Part shown: one piece after another, positions 39,886-50,986 of the stretch
Numbering within the stretch: position 1 is the stretch's first letter
Layout: every line of letters starts with the position of its first letter
From: Marsupella aquatica
Taxonomy: Eukaryota; Plantae; Marchantiophyta
Assembly: GCA_973895155.1 (NCBI GenBank)
Contig: OZ316898.1
Coordinates: 684,751-748,750 of the forward strand
Direction of reading: 5' to 3'
Length of the DNA stretch: 64,000 nt
The notes under the pieces: model-generated
The model's database searches: none
The model's input: only the letters and a program-made list of their open reading frames with translations
What the model was told of the DNA's origin: nothing
Position numbers and translations under genes: made by a program

Positions 39886-42800
39886 ATTAGACCAGGGCTA
39901 GGCTCAAATTTTTGTTAGTGTCATCACACAGGGTGTGATCTTCCACTGTAAAATGTCCATGGATAGGAGATAAAGGTTGTCGAGAAATCTAAGGAGATAG
40001 GGCTAAGTTCCGGTGCATCAACTTCAGAAATATGTAGTGTGTACAGTCTGTCACGAAGTGCTCGGGCAAACTGCCCCTCCCCACACAAGTGATATTAGTC
40101 GGCTGAATTGGTGAGGCTATTGCGTGTGTTTTTTAAAAACTCAATTTAGGATGTGCCTGCCCTCGATGTCATTCCCCGTTTTTTTGGGTTTGCAAGGAAA
40201 TATCCTACAAGGATGCAAGTAATATTCGTGCTTTCAGGAGCTTGTGATGGATCCTCAGTTTCCGGGGGCTTGAATAACCGTCCTTGATTAAGTTCTCAAT
40301 GCAGAGTCCAGTTATAAATCAAACTGTGTCTTCACTCTCCATTCTTTCCACCGACATACCAGAGTGATTCCATAGACTGCACGTCAGCGTGGAACGGAAG
40401 ATGTAATTCGCATGTGCAGTACTGGAGCAGTTGACAGAGGCAGCTCTTCGTCCATAAACACATCTGAAGCAGTGTATATGGAGCTTTATTTTATATTGAA
40501 GCCAGATGTATACTGACATCCGGGAGCGTCAACGGATTTATGTCCAAAGGTAAGGATTTTTAAACTACTGAATCTTCATTGACAGCCGCGAAAGGTAAGA
40601 TATTACCAGGACGCAAGGAACATTCTACTTCAGTGTGCTCTGAAACATTGGTGCGAGGGTCCCGTCAACATCTTGGGCAATGTTGTGCTTGGTTATAGCG
40701 AATGATCCTCTATCTTTTTACCTCCAAGCTCAATAGCATCGGATTTACTAAGTTTCCTCGGTGTGGACAGAATAAATGTTCCATCCATAGCAACACTGAA
40801 GAAGATTTCATCGCTCCAGCTGCAGTGTCTTATTGAGTTCCTACGATTGTCGAGTACGGCAGAAACAATTGTGGGGAAATTTGGTAGCTCACAAAGATCG
40901 TGGCGAAGCAGAGTGGGACGGCCATTCTTCCTGGATGAGCTACTTCACTTATGGCCCATAAATTGTGACGCCACTTCAAGGCAATTGTTTAAATGCACAG
41001 CTCTAGAGCCGTTTCCACCTTGCGTTCCAGCCGGTCAGATCCCATTGAATACTTGTGGACCCGACCTATATGGGATCGGCCATAGCCGCTACCTATGATT
41101 TTTTTGTGTTACTGTTAGATTGAAATCATACAATAGGTGTAAAACCGATCCTGTTACACTTAAAACTGTTACACTTCAATTATGGCGCTCTGTCAGACTT
41201 CTTTTGATAATTGGAATGTTCAAGGGAATTTTCTATGGAGTTGATAATTTCAAAGATCTACTCGAAAGTAATCCATCTCGTGATGGTTATTCATCATCGG
41301 CACTTTCGCAACTTATTTTGTCGATCGTGATCTGTATTATTGCCATACTGTACTTATATTTTATATAATTCAGTAAACTGATATACATTTGATGTCCCGA
41401 TATGTGTAGGATCACGATTGATTTTGAAGCCCGGGTGTTTTCTAATAACGACATATCTGGCACGAAAGAGAAACATGGGGCGATCATTTCTTTACAGCGT
41501 AATGATCTGGATCATGACGGATCTTTCAAGACTTGCTGGTCACGACTAAAAGGTGATCATTGGTAATCTTTGAAGGAAGAATTCGATACTCATCAAGGCG
41601 AAGCAAGATCGTCTTCATACTCTAGGTTCTACTGCTCCTGAGAATGTCAACAATGCCTGGATGTCTTACATGCCACCTGCATATAGTGAGTCAACTATCG
41701 GGTGTGATCTCACTAGTCATCAGGATACACAAAGTAGAATGCACGGTGTGTATCGTGAAGAGTTGAACTCCATGATTAGGCATGATGGATGATCAAGAAC
41801 AGATATCTATTCATTCTCACCTCTAACAACGTGTTATAGATAAATATTTTTATAGCAATCATAGCAGAAACCAGTATGTCTGGTGAGGATGTTGTTGGTC
41901 TATTCCTGCAAATCAGGCCGGTCTGAAATTCGATCATACACTCTACTTGTGCACTGGACAGGAAATTATGCCGATAAGTGTAAAGTGTGTATGAAGACAC
42001 TGGATCCAATGCATTATTATGGTCATGTTTGCAAAATGTCTACAAAGTAAGGCAAAGGCTATGGCCTCCCATATGTTCGAGGCATATGCTGATACACTAA
42101 AATAGGAGGTGTAAAATGATGATCAGACCCGAGTTGACTTGTGGACTAAGATTCAAAGATGGAGCTAGGATGATGGATCAATTCCATGTTGCAACAGTAT
42201 TAAAGACCAGAATGCACGGTAAATAGGTGTAAAAGTGATTTACCAGAGTTCGAGTCAAAAGTTGATCGGATGTACTATATACTTTTCGAAAGAAACAATG
42301 CCAGCTGTTTCTGTCAAAGGGAACAATGCCAGCTGTTTCTGTCAAAGGGAGAATTGATTCGTCATCTATTGGACCATCACAACATTGCATTGAATCCTAC
42401 ATATGATAGCATGTATGCATTCTGTCATTCGTGTCACAATTAGAAGATGGAATTGAAATATTCGATTGAATGTGCTAACCATATGCATGATCACATCAAA
42501 GAATCTTTGAAAGAGTGCAAATTATAGGGGTACAGAGGTGTTTGGGTCAAATCTGCTGGTGGACATTAGTCAGAAATTACAGACAGAAGTATGTCTTGCA
42601 GGTTTTTTTAATAATCACTTTCAAGTGTATATTCTGCATTCATGACCAGCATATTTGGGATGAACTGAGACTAGGACCTGTTAACTACTTTTGTCACATT
42701 AGGAGTCACTTAAAGATAATTTCACTAGACAACTATGAGCGGAACTCTTGTCACTTTATACAAGTACAATCGTAAGATGACACGGAAAGAGTTGATTGAA

Positions 42801-43079
42801 CACTTGCAAAGTGTACATAATATATACTAGAGGTGGTTAACTAAGACGTAAATTTGCAGATTCAAGACCTTTAACATCCATTATTCGTTGAATGCTATAC
42901 TTGAGATTTATGTTCTTTCAATTCATGATAGTGTCAACTTTCTATCGTTCAATACGAATCACAGAAATTGCAAGCATATACATTATGTCGATTTGAGTAT
43001 TTTTAGTTTTGTTACTGGAACAACATACAAAAGAGACAATTTCATTCGGCAATCTTCCCTTGTGACAGTCACATCTTAA

Positions 43080-44466
43080 CCACTTACATGACAAGCAAGC
43101 GAAGTGCCTTTCAAATCCACAGAGGAGAATCCGTAGAGCTGGCTTCATGTTTATGAAAGATGTTCTCACCAGAGCAGGGGAATTTCTATCTTGGGAAGAG
43201 GGGCCTGGTCAGTGTCTCCCCCGGAATTGTGAGGAGGCTTACAGGAAATTGATCGCCAACCTCAGAACTGTACCAGAGTTTGACGCTGGTAGATATCAGT
43301 TGGATTCCCTATTCTTAGAGGCTACTCTTCCTGACACTTGGTATGAGAATTCAAGGTGCAAATGAAACATATCACCTCAAATTGGCAGCTATTTCATGAT
43401 ACCTTGAAGCCATTGCACACTTTCAAGGTACTTAATGGCTACCTATTCTGATCAGATCACTCTGCTCCCCCTGCTGCTGATTTACTGCTACCTCGTGTGT
43501 TGATTCGGAAGCCGGATTCTAGCACTTCACTCAGACAGTGCATCAGCAACGGGACATGTGACTTTACTATTCTACTGCAATACCATTGGAGAGACGGTAC
43601 ACCATTCCTTGACATCTGCACAGGCCACCTACGGAAGCTACAGGGACAAGCACGTATTGGAATGCACAAGGCCTTGACTAAATGGGCTCGGATTCTGGAT
43701 TGGTACCCTAACCCCAAGGTCCTCTGGAGTAATACCTGGATGCCTTTCAGGGCAGCGACGGAAAATTGTTACTTATGGCAGCTCATCTACAGAATCCCTG
43801 CAACCCAACACTGCCAGAATCCCCAACTCCCAGTCTTTGATGAGACAACTTGGTGCACCCATTGTAATCTGCAGCAACAGAAAGACATCATGCATTGCAT
43901 TTGGAGCTGCCTGGTCTCACAACTCATCTGGAATTGGGCACAATACACTCTCACCTTGGCATCAACCACTGGTAAATAATTTGAATGTCAACTTGTAGCC
44001 AATCCACATTTTTGTAGCTAAACCTCTGCCTGATGAGTGGGGTGTACCAGATAAGTTATGGCATATCATGCGTGCCGTTGTTTGCTGGAATGTATGGAAA
44101 GACCAAAGCTCTCACTTTATTGAACACACTAGGTCCAATCCACATGCTCTCATACAAAAGGCTTGACACCGGCTTGGAGTTTACCTTTGCATGGACTGGG
44201 CCAAACAACAGGCAAAGGTGAGGGCAGGGAAGTCCACCATTGCAAAGGCCTACCATGCCATGTGTTTTGAGTATGGGACACACTCCGGTCTCTGGGAAGT
44301 ACATGGAGACATACTTCAGGTTCCCCAGTCCCACCCTGCCCGCCTTGAATTTGACTTGTTTCACAAGAATTGATTCTTCACTGCAGGTTAGACCAATAGA
44401 TAAGTAAACCTATCACGGACCCACTTAATGGAACCTTGCCAGAACCTGAGCATTTGCCAGTCTCAC
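43080..44466 (+). mobile_element. 5'-truncated, degenerate L1-like LINE (zf-RVT-like C-terminus of ORF2); its 3' tail probably resumes at 58642 after the Gypsy insertion
   Basis: LWSNTWMPFRAATENCYLWQLIYRIPAT...WCTHCNLQQQKDIMHCIWSCLVSQLIWNW matches the zf-RVT pattern (W..W...W.....P T...CxxC...H...C...W), followed by LWHIMRAVVCWNVWK. Stops and frameshifts are present. Confidence 0.75.
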
Positions 44467-47400
44467 TGTGGTGCGTCCCATGGCTCCCTAAACCCAAGAA
44501 ACCCCCCAGCTCAAGCCGATTCCCGCAGGTTTCGTGCTTGGCGAGGCCGTTTCCGCGGCTTAGCGGCATGGGACGCTGCTAACCTTCTACTACTACTATT
44601 AACATTTTACACACATATACTGGACAGATCCTTCATCGGGTCATGAGATACGTAGCCGGCCTAATATAGGCCTTCCCCTGTCTTCCCCTGTCTTCCCCTC
44701 CGTCTTGTTAGGTATGTTTGGATTCCGCCGCCGGAATGATCCCCAATAGGCTTGGTTAAGCCGCTAAGACCTCTCTCAGCTCGACACATCCAACTCTCAC
44801 TCCCCTGCTTACTTTCCTTCCTTCTGTTGATGTGGGCACTCTTCACACAAGTTAATGCGACACACAAATAGCAAAATGACTCATTCTGACTGAGTCATAC
44901 CATGCACTTGCCATACAAACAGTACATCTCATACACAAGTTCTGCGAACTAAGCCGTGAGGCCAACTCTATTCAGCTCTTAGGCATGAGGAAACATGAAT
45001 ATACACAAGGGTCACTGTATGACTAACCGAGAGCTTCTCGTACTACTTGATCCCAGCCCGGCTGGTGCAAACTAAAAACTTGCTAAAGAAGAGGCCCTGA
45101 GCTCCCCGCTGCCCAGGTACTTATCCTGGTAGTGGATCCGCCATTCTTTGCATCGTAAGCCTAATCTACCTGATAGTAATCTACTTGCCCGAATCTACCT
45201 ATGTACAGCAAGGCAGGAGCACAAGTGTTGCTCCTACCAGTGGAACCGCAATCCCACTAAGCTAAGTGTCAGGGCCGCTCCTGGTTCTGATCCTAATCCT
45301 AAACGTGGAGATCCGCGCCCGCCCTGCCCACTCACGCCTCCTCCCTCCACGTCCGCCCTCCCTAAAAGGAACGGCACCCTTGCACCGTCACGACACCGGT
45401 GGTGGATCCTCAATGGACGCCCCCAACACTTCCTCCTTAGCCACTGCCGTTGGCCCGCCTACTGACAAATTACCTGCCCTTGACCGAGTCAACTCTCCAT
45501 CGGCCTGACTGGGTCCACCTTCGGCTTCAGCCTCGACACCGGCCTCGGCAATACCCACGGCTTCGGCCTCAGCCACTCCAACGGCTTCGGCTTCAGCCAC
45601 TCCCACGGCTTCGGCCTCCCCTTCCCCTAGGGTAGTTGGATCCTTAGCCGTGACCCTGTCTGGGGTCGGTGCTGGGTCTACCTCCTTGATCACCACGGCC
45701 TGTGAAGTCGTATTACTCCTTGACCCTGAAGGTTTCCGCTTCTTCTTCGTTGGTGGCTCGGCAGCTGGTCCCTTCCCCTTCCCACTTACTTCCGGCACTG
45801 GTGCAGTTGACGCGGCTTGTCCTTCGGCAATTACCACCCCTGGTAACTGGTTTGTCCCAACGGGAGATGGACCTGCTGCAGCTAAGCATTTAAATAATGC
45901 GGCTTGTTTCTTCAGCCGCTCTGTTTGGTTGTCGGCCCGCCGCTGTAGGTTCTCCATCTTCCTCGTGATTTCCTCCAACTCCTCTTGGGTTTCATCCAGG
46001 TCCTTACGTGCCCCCTCCAGCTCGTTTTTGGCCTCCTCCTGCTCCCTGTGGGCTTCCTCCAATTCCTTCTTCAAGGTAGCCCTCTCCTCCTGGGTTGCTC
46101 TTAGCTCCTTGTCGAGCTCTGCAATGATGACAGACTCCATCTGGTTCATCTTGGCGTAAGTCTGTTCGAGCATCTCGTCCTTCTCCCTTAGGTCGGCCTT
46201 GAAGCTGGCCGTCAGGGACGCAAGCTCCTGCTGCAGCGCCATAATCCCTTGATAGGATTTCCCTAACTCGACCTCCTTCTGCTCAAGGGCTCCGCGGATT
46301 TTCTCGAGCTCCCCTTTCAACGCCCATTCCTTTCTTTGGGTCTCTGCCATGGCCCGACTGTTGGCTGTTATGTGGGCCTCCTCTGTATTCTTCAGCTCTT
46401 GCTTCCACTTCTCCCTCTCTTTGATCGTGTCGACCAACTCTTCCTGCGTCTGAGTCAGTTTATCCTTGATATTCTGATTATCAGCCTGCGCGGTGTCCAA
46501 CTGCCCCTGCATGATGTTCAGCTCATGTCGTTTAATCCGCAGTTCATCTTGGGCTTTCTTGGCCGCCCTTAGATCTTCAATCTTGGCTTCCATCCTCCTA
46601 AGCCGCCGAATGACCTCGTCCTTCTTGCTTCTCTCTAAAGCCACCGCTTCTTCTAATTGGTGCTTCTCCAACTGCTCCCTATGGAAAAAGGGTCCTATCT
46701 CCAACTCCTCTCCAAAGATGCCGAGCGCAAGTTCCCCACACATCTCACCATACTCCATGGCTCTATTCTTAGCGTAGGTGGAGTAAGTAGAAGTGATCGG
46801 CATCGCCCATCGTGGCCTCTGCTCCCAAGCCGTCCTGCGGATCTCTTCAATCGTGGCTAGAGGTTTGCTTCCTTTTTCGGCTAGCCGCCTGATGTCCTCC
46901 GGCCAATCTCCTCCTGGTAAATCCTTTTCCTTAGCCAGGGCGGCCTCTTCCTCCTACTTGATTCGCTCCTGAAATTCCTGCACCGTCTGTTTTATGCCGT
47001 CGAAGCTCGGGGGAGCAACATCTGGTGGGGGAGACTCAGGGCTACTCTGCTGGTTGGGGTCCCCTCGCACTACCCTTGGAAGTGTGGGGACAAACCGGCC
47101 ACAGGTCCTTACTCCTGGAACGTGATGGTCCGACCCATAGCCGGAATTATCATGGCTGCAGTCCTCCACTGCCTCCTCTACCTCTTGGACGTCCGGCTTC
47201 TCCCTCTCCTCTTCGTCGGTAGGAGCTTCAGGCAATTCTGCCTCAGATTCGGAGCTTGAGGTTCCCACGTACATTCGAACACCTGGCTTGGATTCCGGCC
47301 TGATTCTCTCCTTGTTTCCAGCAAAGGGGTTTTCTCTTGTGAGCAGGTGTAGGCCTACCTCTGTAGTAGTGTCCTGCATTGTTGCCGTTGCCGTTGTTGT

Positions 47401-48279
47401 TGCCGATGCCGATTTCTTTTCTTTCTCCAGTAGTTTCAGCAGACTCTGCATGCCTGGTTGCTGCATCGGCAAGTCCTCCTTCCTGGGCCTAAACACCTGC
47501 TCGATCGTAGGACTAACAGGTGGTTGAGGCTTCTCAGCCAACGGCCTCGGCGTTGGAGCTTCCTCGGGTGCCCTTACCTGCAGGGGAAGTACCGGGGCAA
47601 AAGTCTGACCTCTGGCATACCGGCACAACAGCGGCATGTGATAGCCAAGCCGCGACACGCTCCCCATGCCGATTACCTGCTGCTCCTCCTTTAAGATCTT
47701 CTTCAATTGGTTGAGGAGGTACCCGTTGTAGTCCCGGCTTGGGTCTGGCCTTTCTGCCAGATAGACCTGTGCCTTGCCGATCTCTGCCCTCGGCAAGTTA
47801 CAATGCATGGTCACCCGCAAGAAGTCGATCATCTCTCCTATGTGCGGGTTGGTGCAGGTGTTCCGGAAGAAGACATTCTTCGTTGATGGCCCGGGGAACG
47901 ACCGGAACTCCTTGTCAGGCAAGGTCTTCCTGGTATCAACTTTGGTCTTATTGCCTATCGGCAGGCCAAACACTTCGGCAATTACCTTGGGAGTAAGATA
48001 GAAATCCTTCCCATATATCCTCGTGCAATTGGTCTCGGGTTCCCATGACCCCACGAATTCTAATAGGTCTGACTCCGGTACCTCCGGCTTCAGCCATGGT
48101 AATCTTACAAAGGCCTCCAAGCCGGATCCGGCCATGAAGCCTTGGTACTTCTTGGTCTGCATGGCCGTAAAGCATGCATCCTCCTCCCATGCAAAATGTA
48201 GTTGCACCTCCACCGGTAGGGTTGCCGCCCAGCCCTTTCAGGTGTCATCCCTGGTTGGAATGGCCTTGATGGGATCGAC
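44467..48279 (-). repeat. 3' LTR, missing its first ~847 bp because of an internal deletion
   Basis: Near-identical to 53980-57789 (about 16 substitutions and one 3-bp indel counted by eye). Identity stops abruptly at gggatcgac|aatttatc, where integrase sequence begins. Confidence 0.9.
45388..48279 (-). pseudogene. Second, disabled copy of the LTR-encoded ORF in the 3' LTR
   Basis: Same sequence as 54901..57789, but the N-terminus is deleted and a CAG>TAG nonsense change at 46954-46956 splits it into ORFs 46954..48213 and 45388..46803. Confidence 0.9.
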
Positions 48280-50986
48280 AATTTATCATCCCAATCGAGT
48301 TTGTTCTGAGCTACTGTCTTGTTCAATATCTTTCCTATGATTCCGTTTGCTCGTTCTGTCAACCGTTTGCCTTTGGATGGTAGGGAGTAGTAGGCCTATG
48401 TTTAACTAAATACTGCTCATTTAAACGACTAATTATATCATTCAAAAAATGGGTTCCTCTGTCACTAACTAATTCTAGGGGTGCTCCATACCTGGTGAAG
48501 ATCTGCTCATACATGAATCTAGCCGTAGTAATTGCATCATCCTTCGTTGTTGGTCTGGCCTCTACCCATTTAGTTGCATAATCCGTAGCCAGGATTATGT
48601 ACTTGTTCCGTCGAGGGTGGGTCAGTGGTTTCAGAGGTCCAATGTAATCAATACCCCACTTCTCGAATGGTGCCAGAGGTAGAATAGGGTGCAGTGGATG
48701 CCTGGTGGACGCCCTTGGTCCTCCCGCTCGTTGACAAGGATCGCATTGTTTGATAAACTGATAGACATCTTTGTGCAAGGTGGGCCACCAGTAACCGGCA
48801 TTTAATATCTTCTTAGACGTGGTTACTGGGGCAAAATGTCCTCCGGCCTCCTCTCCATGCATGGCCCGTAGGACTCGTTTTACCTCTCTCTTTTCCAAAC
48901 ATCTTTGAATCATGCCGTTGATTCCATGCTTGTGCAGTATGCCTTTAATGCACTGATACTGTCTGACCTTCCACACAAAGACTGCGGCTTGCTCTCGGCT
49001 TAATCCTGACTGTAATCTGGAAGTGCTGAGAAATTGTAAAATCTCAGGGTACCATGTACCAGCTATTTCCACAACGAATAGCTCCTCGTCGGGGAATCGA
49101 TCATCGATGCAATCCGTGGCAGGTTTACCTGTGATCCTTGAAAAGAAGTCGGCATTGGCATGTAACTTTCCCGGCTTGATCCTCAGCTCATAGTCAAACT
49201 CCTGTAATAGCAAAATCCATCTTGCTACTCTGCCTGTAAGGTCCGGCTTATTGACTAGGTACTTCAAACTTTCATGATCAGTATGAAAGATTACCTTGTA
49301 CCCTAGTAAATAATGCCTAAACTTTTTACAAGAATAAATGACTCCTAATGCTTCTCTTTCCGTGGTAGAGTAGTTCCGTTCGGCATCGGCAAGCTGACGG
49401 CTTGCGAAGTATATGGGATGGTCCCTTCCTTTCTCATCCAACTGACTTAGTACTGAGCCAATACAGAAGCCCGAGACATCTACAAAAACATGAAAATCTT
49501 TGTTCCAGTCCGGTGCTATCATGACTGGGGCCTCTACTAACATCTGCTTCAATTCTACCACCGCTGTGACTCGTTCGGGTGTGGGTTCGAAGTCTGCTCC
49601 TGCCTTGAGCATATTGGTTAATGGTAAAGCCAGCTTGGAAAAATCCTTGATGAACCGGCGATAGTAACCAATGCATCCCAAGAAGGATCTTACATCCTTT
49701 ATGTTCTTAGGTTGCATGATATCTAGCCATACTGCTAGCTTACCTTTGTCAATCTCAATGCCCTTCCTTGATACCTTGTGGCCTAGTAGCACCCCCTCGG
49801 TTACTGCAAAAAAACATTTATCTGGGTGTAACTTGAGACCCACCTCTCTACATCTCATGAAGGTTTTCCTGAGGTATTTAGCATGTTTCGATGCCTTCCC
49901 GAATACTGCAAAGTCATCAATGAAGATTTCCATGAACTTTCTCAAGTAATCATGAAAAATGTTCACCATTAATCGTTGGAACATAGCTGGTGCGTTGCAG
50001 AGTCCAAACGGCATACGATTGAAGACATAGATCCCCCATTCCGTGATGAAGGCCGTCTTGATTTGGTCTTCCTGCCGAATCCTGATTTGGTTATAACCAG
50101 AGTATCCATCCATGAATGAATATAGTTCATGACTGGCTACCATGTCTAGTACCATATCAGTAAACGGTAAAGGAAAATGGTCTTTTAATGTTGCTTCATT
50201 CAGCTTCCTGTAATCCTGACAAACCCGGATCTTGGGTTTACCATCGGGTCCAGCTTTCTTGGGAACTATCACAATTGGAGACACCCAGTCTGAATGCAGG
50301 ACTGGAGTGATGAATCCAGCTTCCACTAGTTTGTCGATTTCTGTTTTGACCAGCAGGGAATACTTCGGGTTCATCCTTCGAATTGGTTGTCGAAATGATT
50401 TGGCTCCTAACATGAAATCAATTCGATGTTCCCCTAGTGTTGGATCTACTCCCTTTAGATCTTGGTGACTCCATGCAAACACATCCTGAAATTCAATCAA
50501 TAAGTCACTGATCTCTTTCTCGAGCTCAGGTGCTAGGTTTCTCCCTAAGTTCAGTTCTCTTCCCTCTCCTAAGTCGAGCTTCCGATATTGCCGTGCTTGG
50601 ATCATATTAATCTGCTTCTTCAAATTCGGGTCCAGTTCGGCTTCCAGTCTCTCTAATCTCATACCTCCATAAACTGGGATCTCGGCTGGACTAGCCGAGT
50701 CGGTCCCTTCCTTGGTGTCCATAGATTGTCCCCTTACCGGTCTATTCGGTTTTGAATTAGTGGTCGGCTCCCCTTCCTGCCTTGGCTCTAGATCGTGTCT
50801 GTCCATCTCATCCACTTCTTGCTCCTGAGAGTTAGGCCGCTGTGCTCTCTCGGCTTCTAATAGGGCCTCAATTTGTTCTGCCCTCGTAATCGGCTTGTAT
50901 GCCGATCCCTTGGTATTTAATTCCTTGCCGATGATCGATGGCGTTGTGGACCCCGTCGGCTCTGCCACAACGCCTGCAGAAAATCC
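48280..50986 (-). CDS. pol: Pol (RT - RNase H - integrase), in the -1 frame relative to gag-PR; integrase frameshifted near 48360 and truncated at 48280
   Basis: RT: WVSPIVIVPKK, RVCQDYRKLN, MDGYSGYNQI, MPFGLCNAPA, FIDDF. RH: DVSG, ERNYSTTEREAL, TDH. IN: H..H..CDPC, GIDYIG, SDRGTHF, then PYHPKANG / LTERANG in different frames. Confidence 0.93.
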
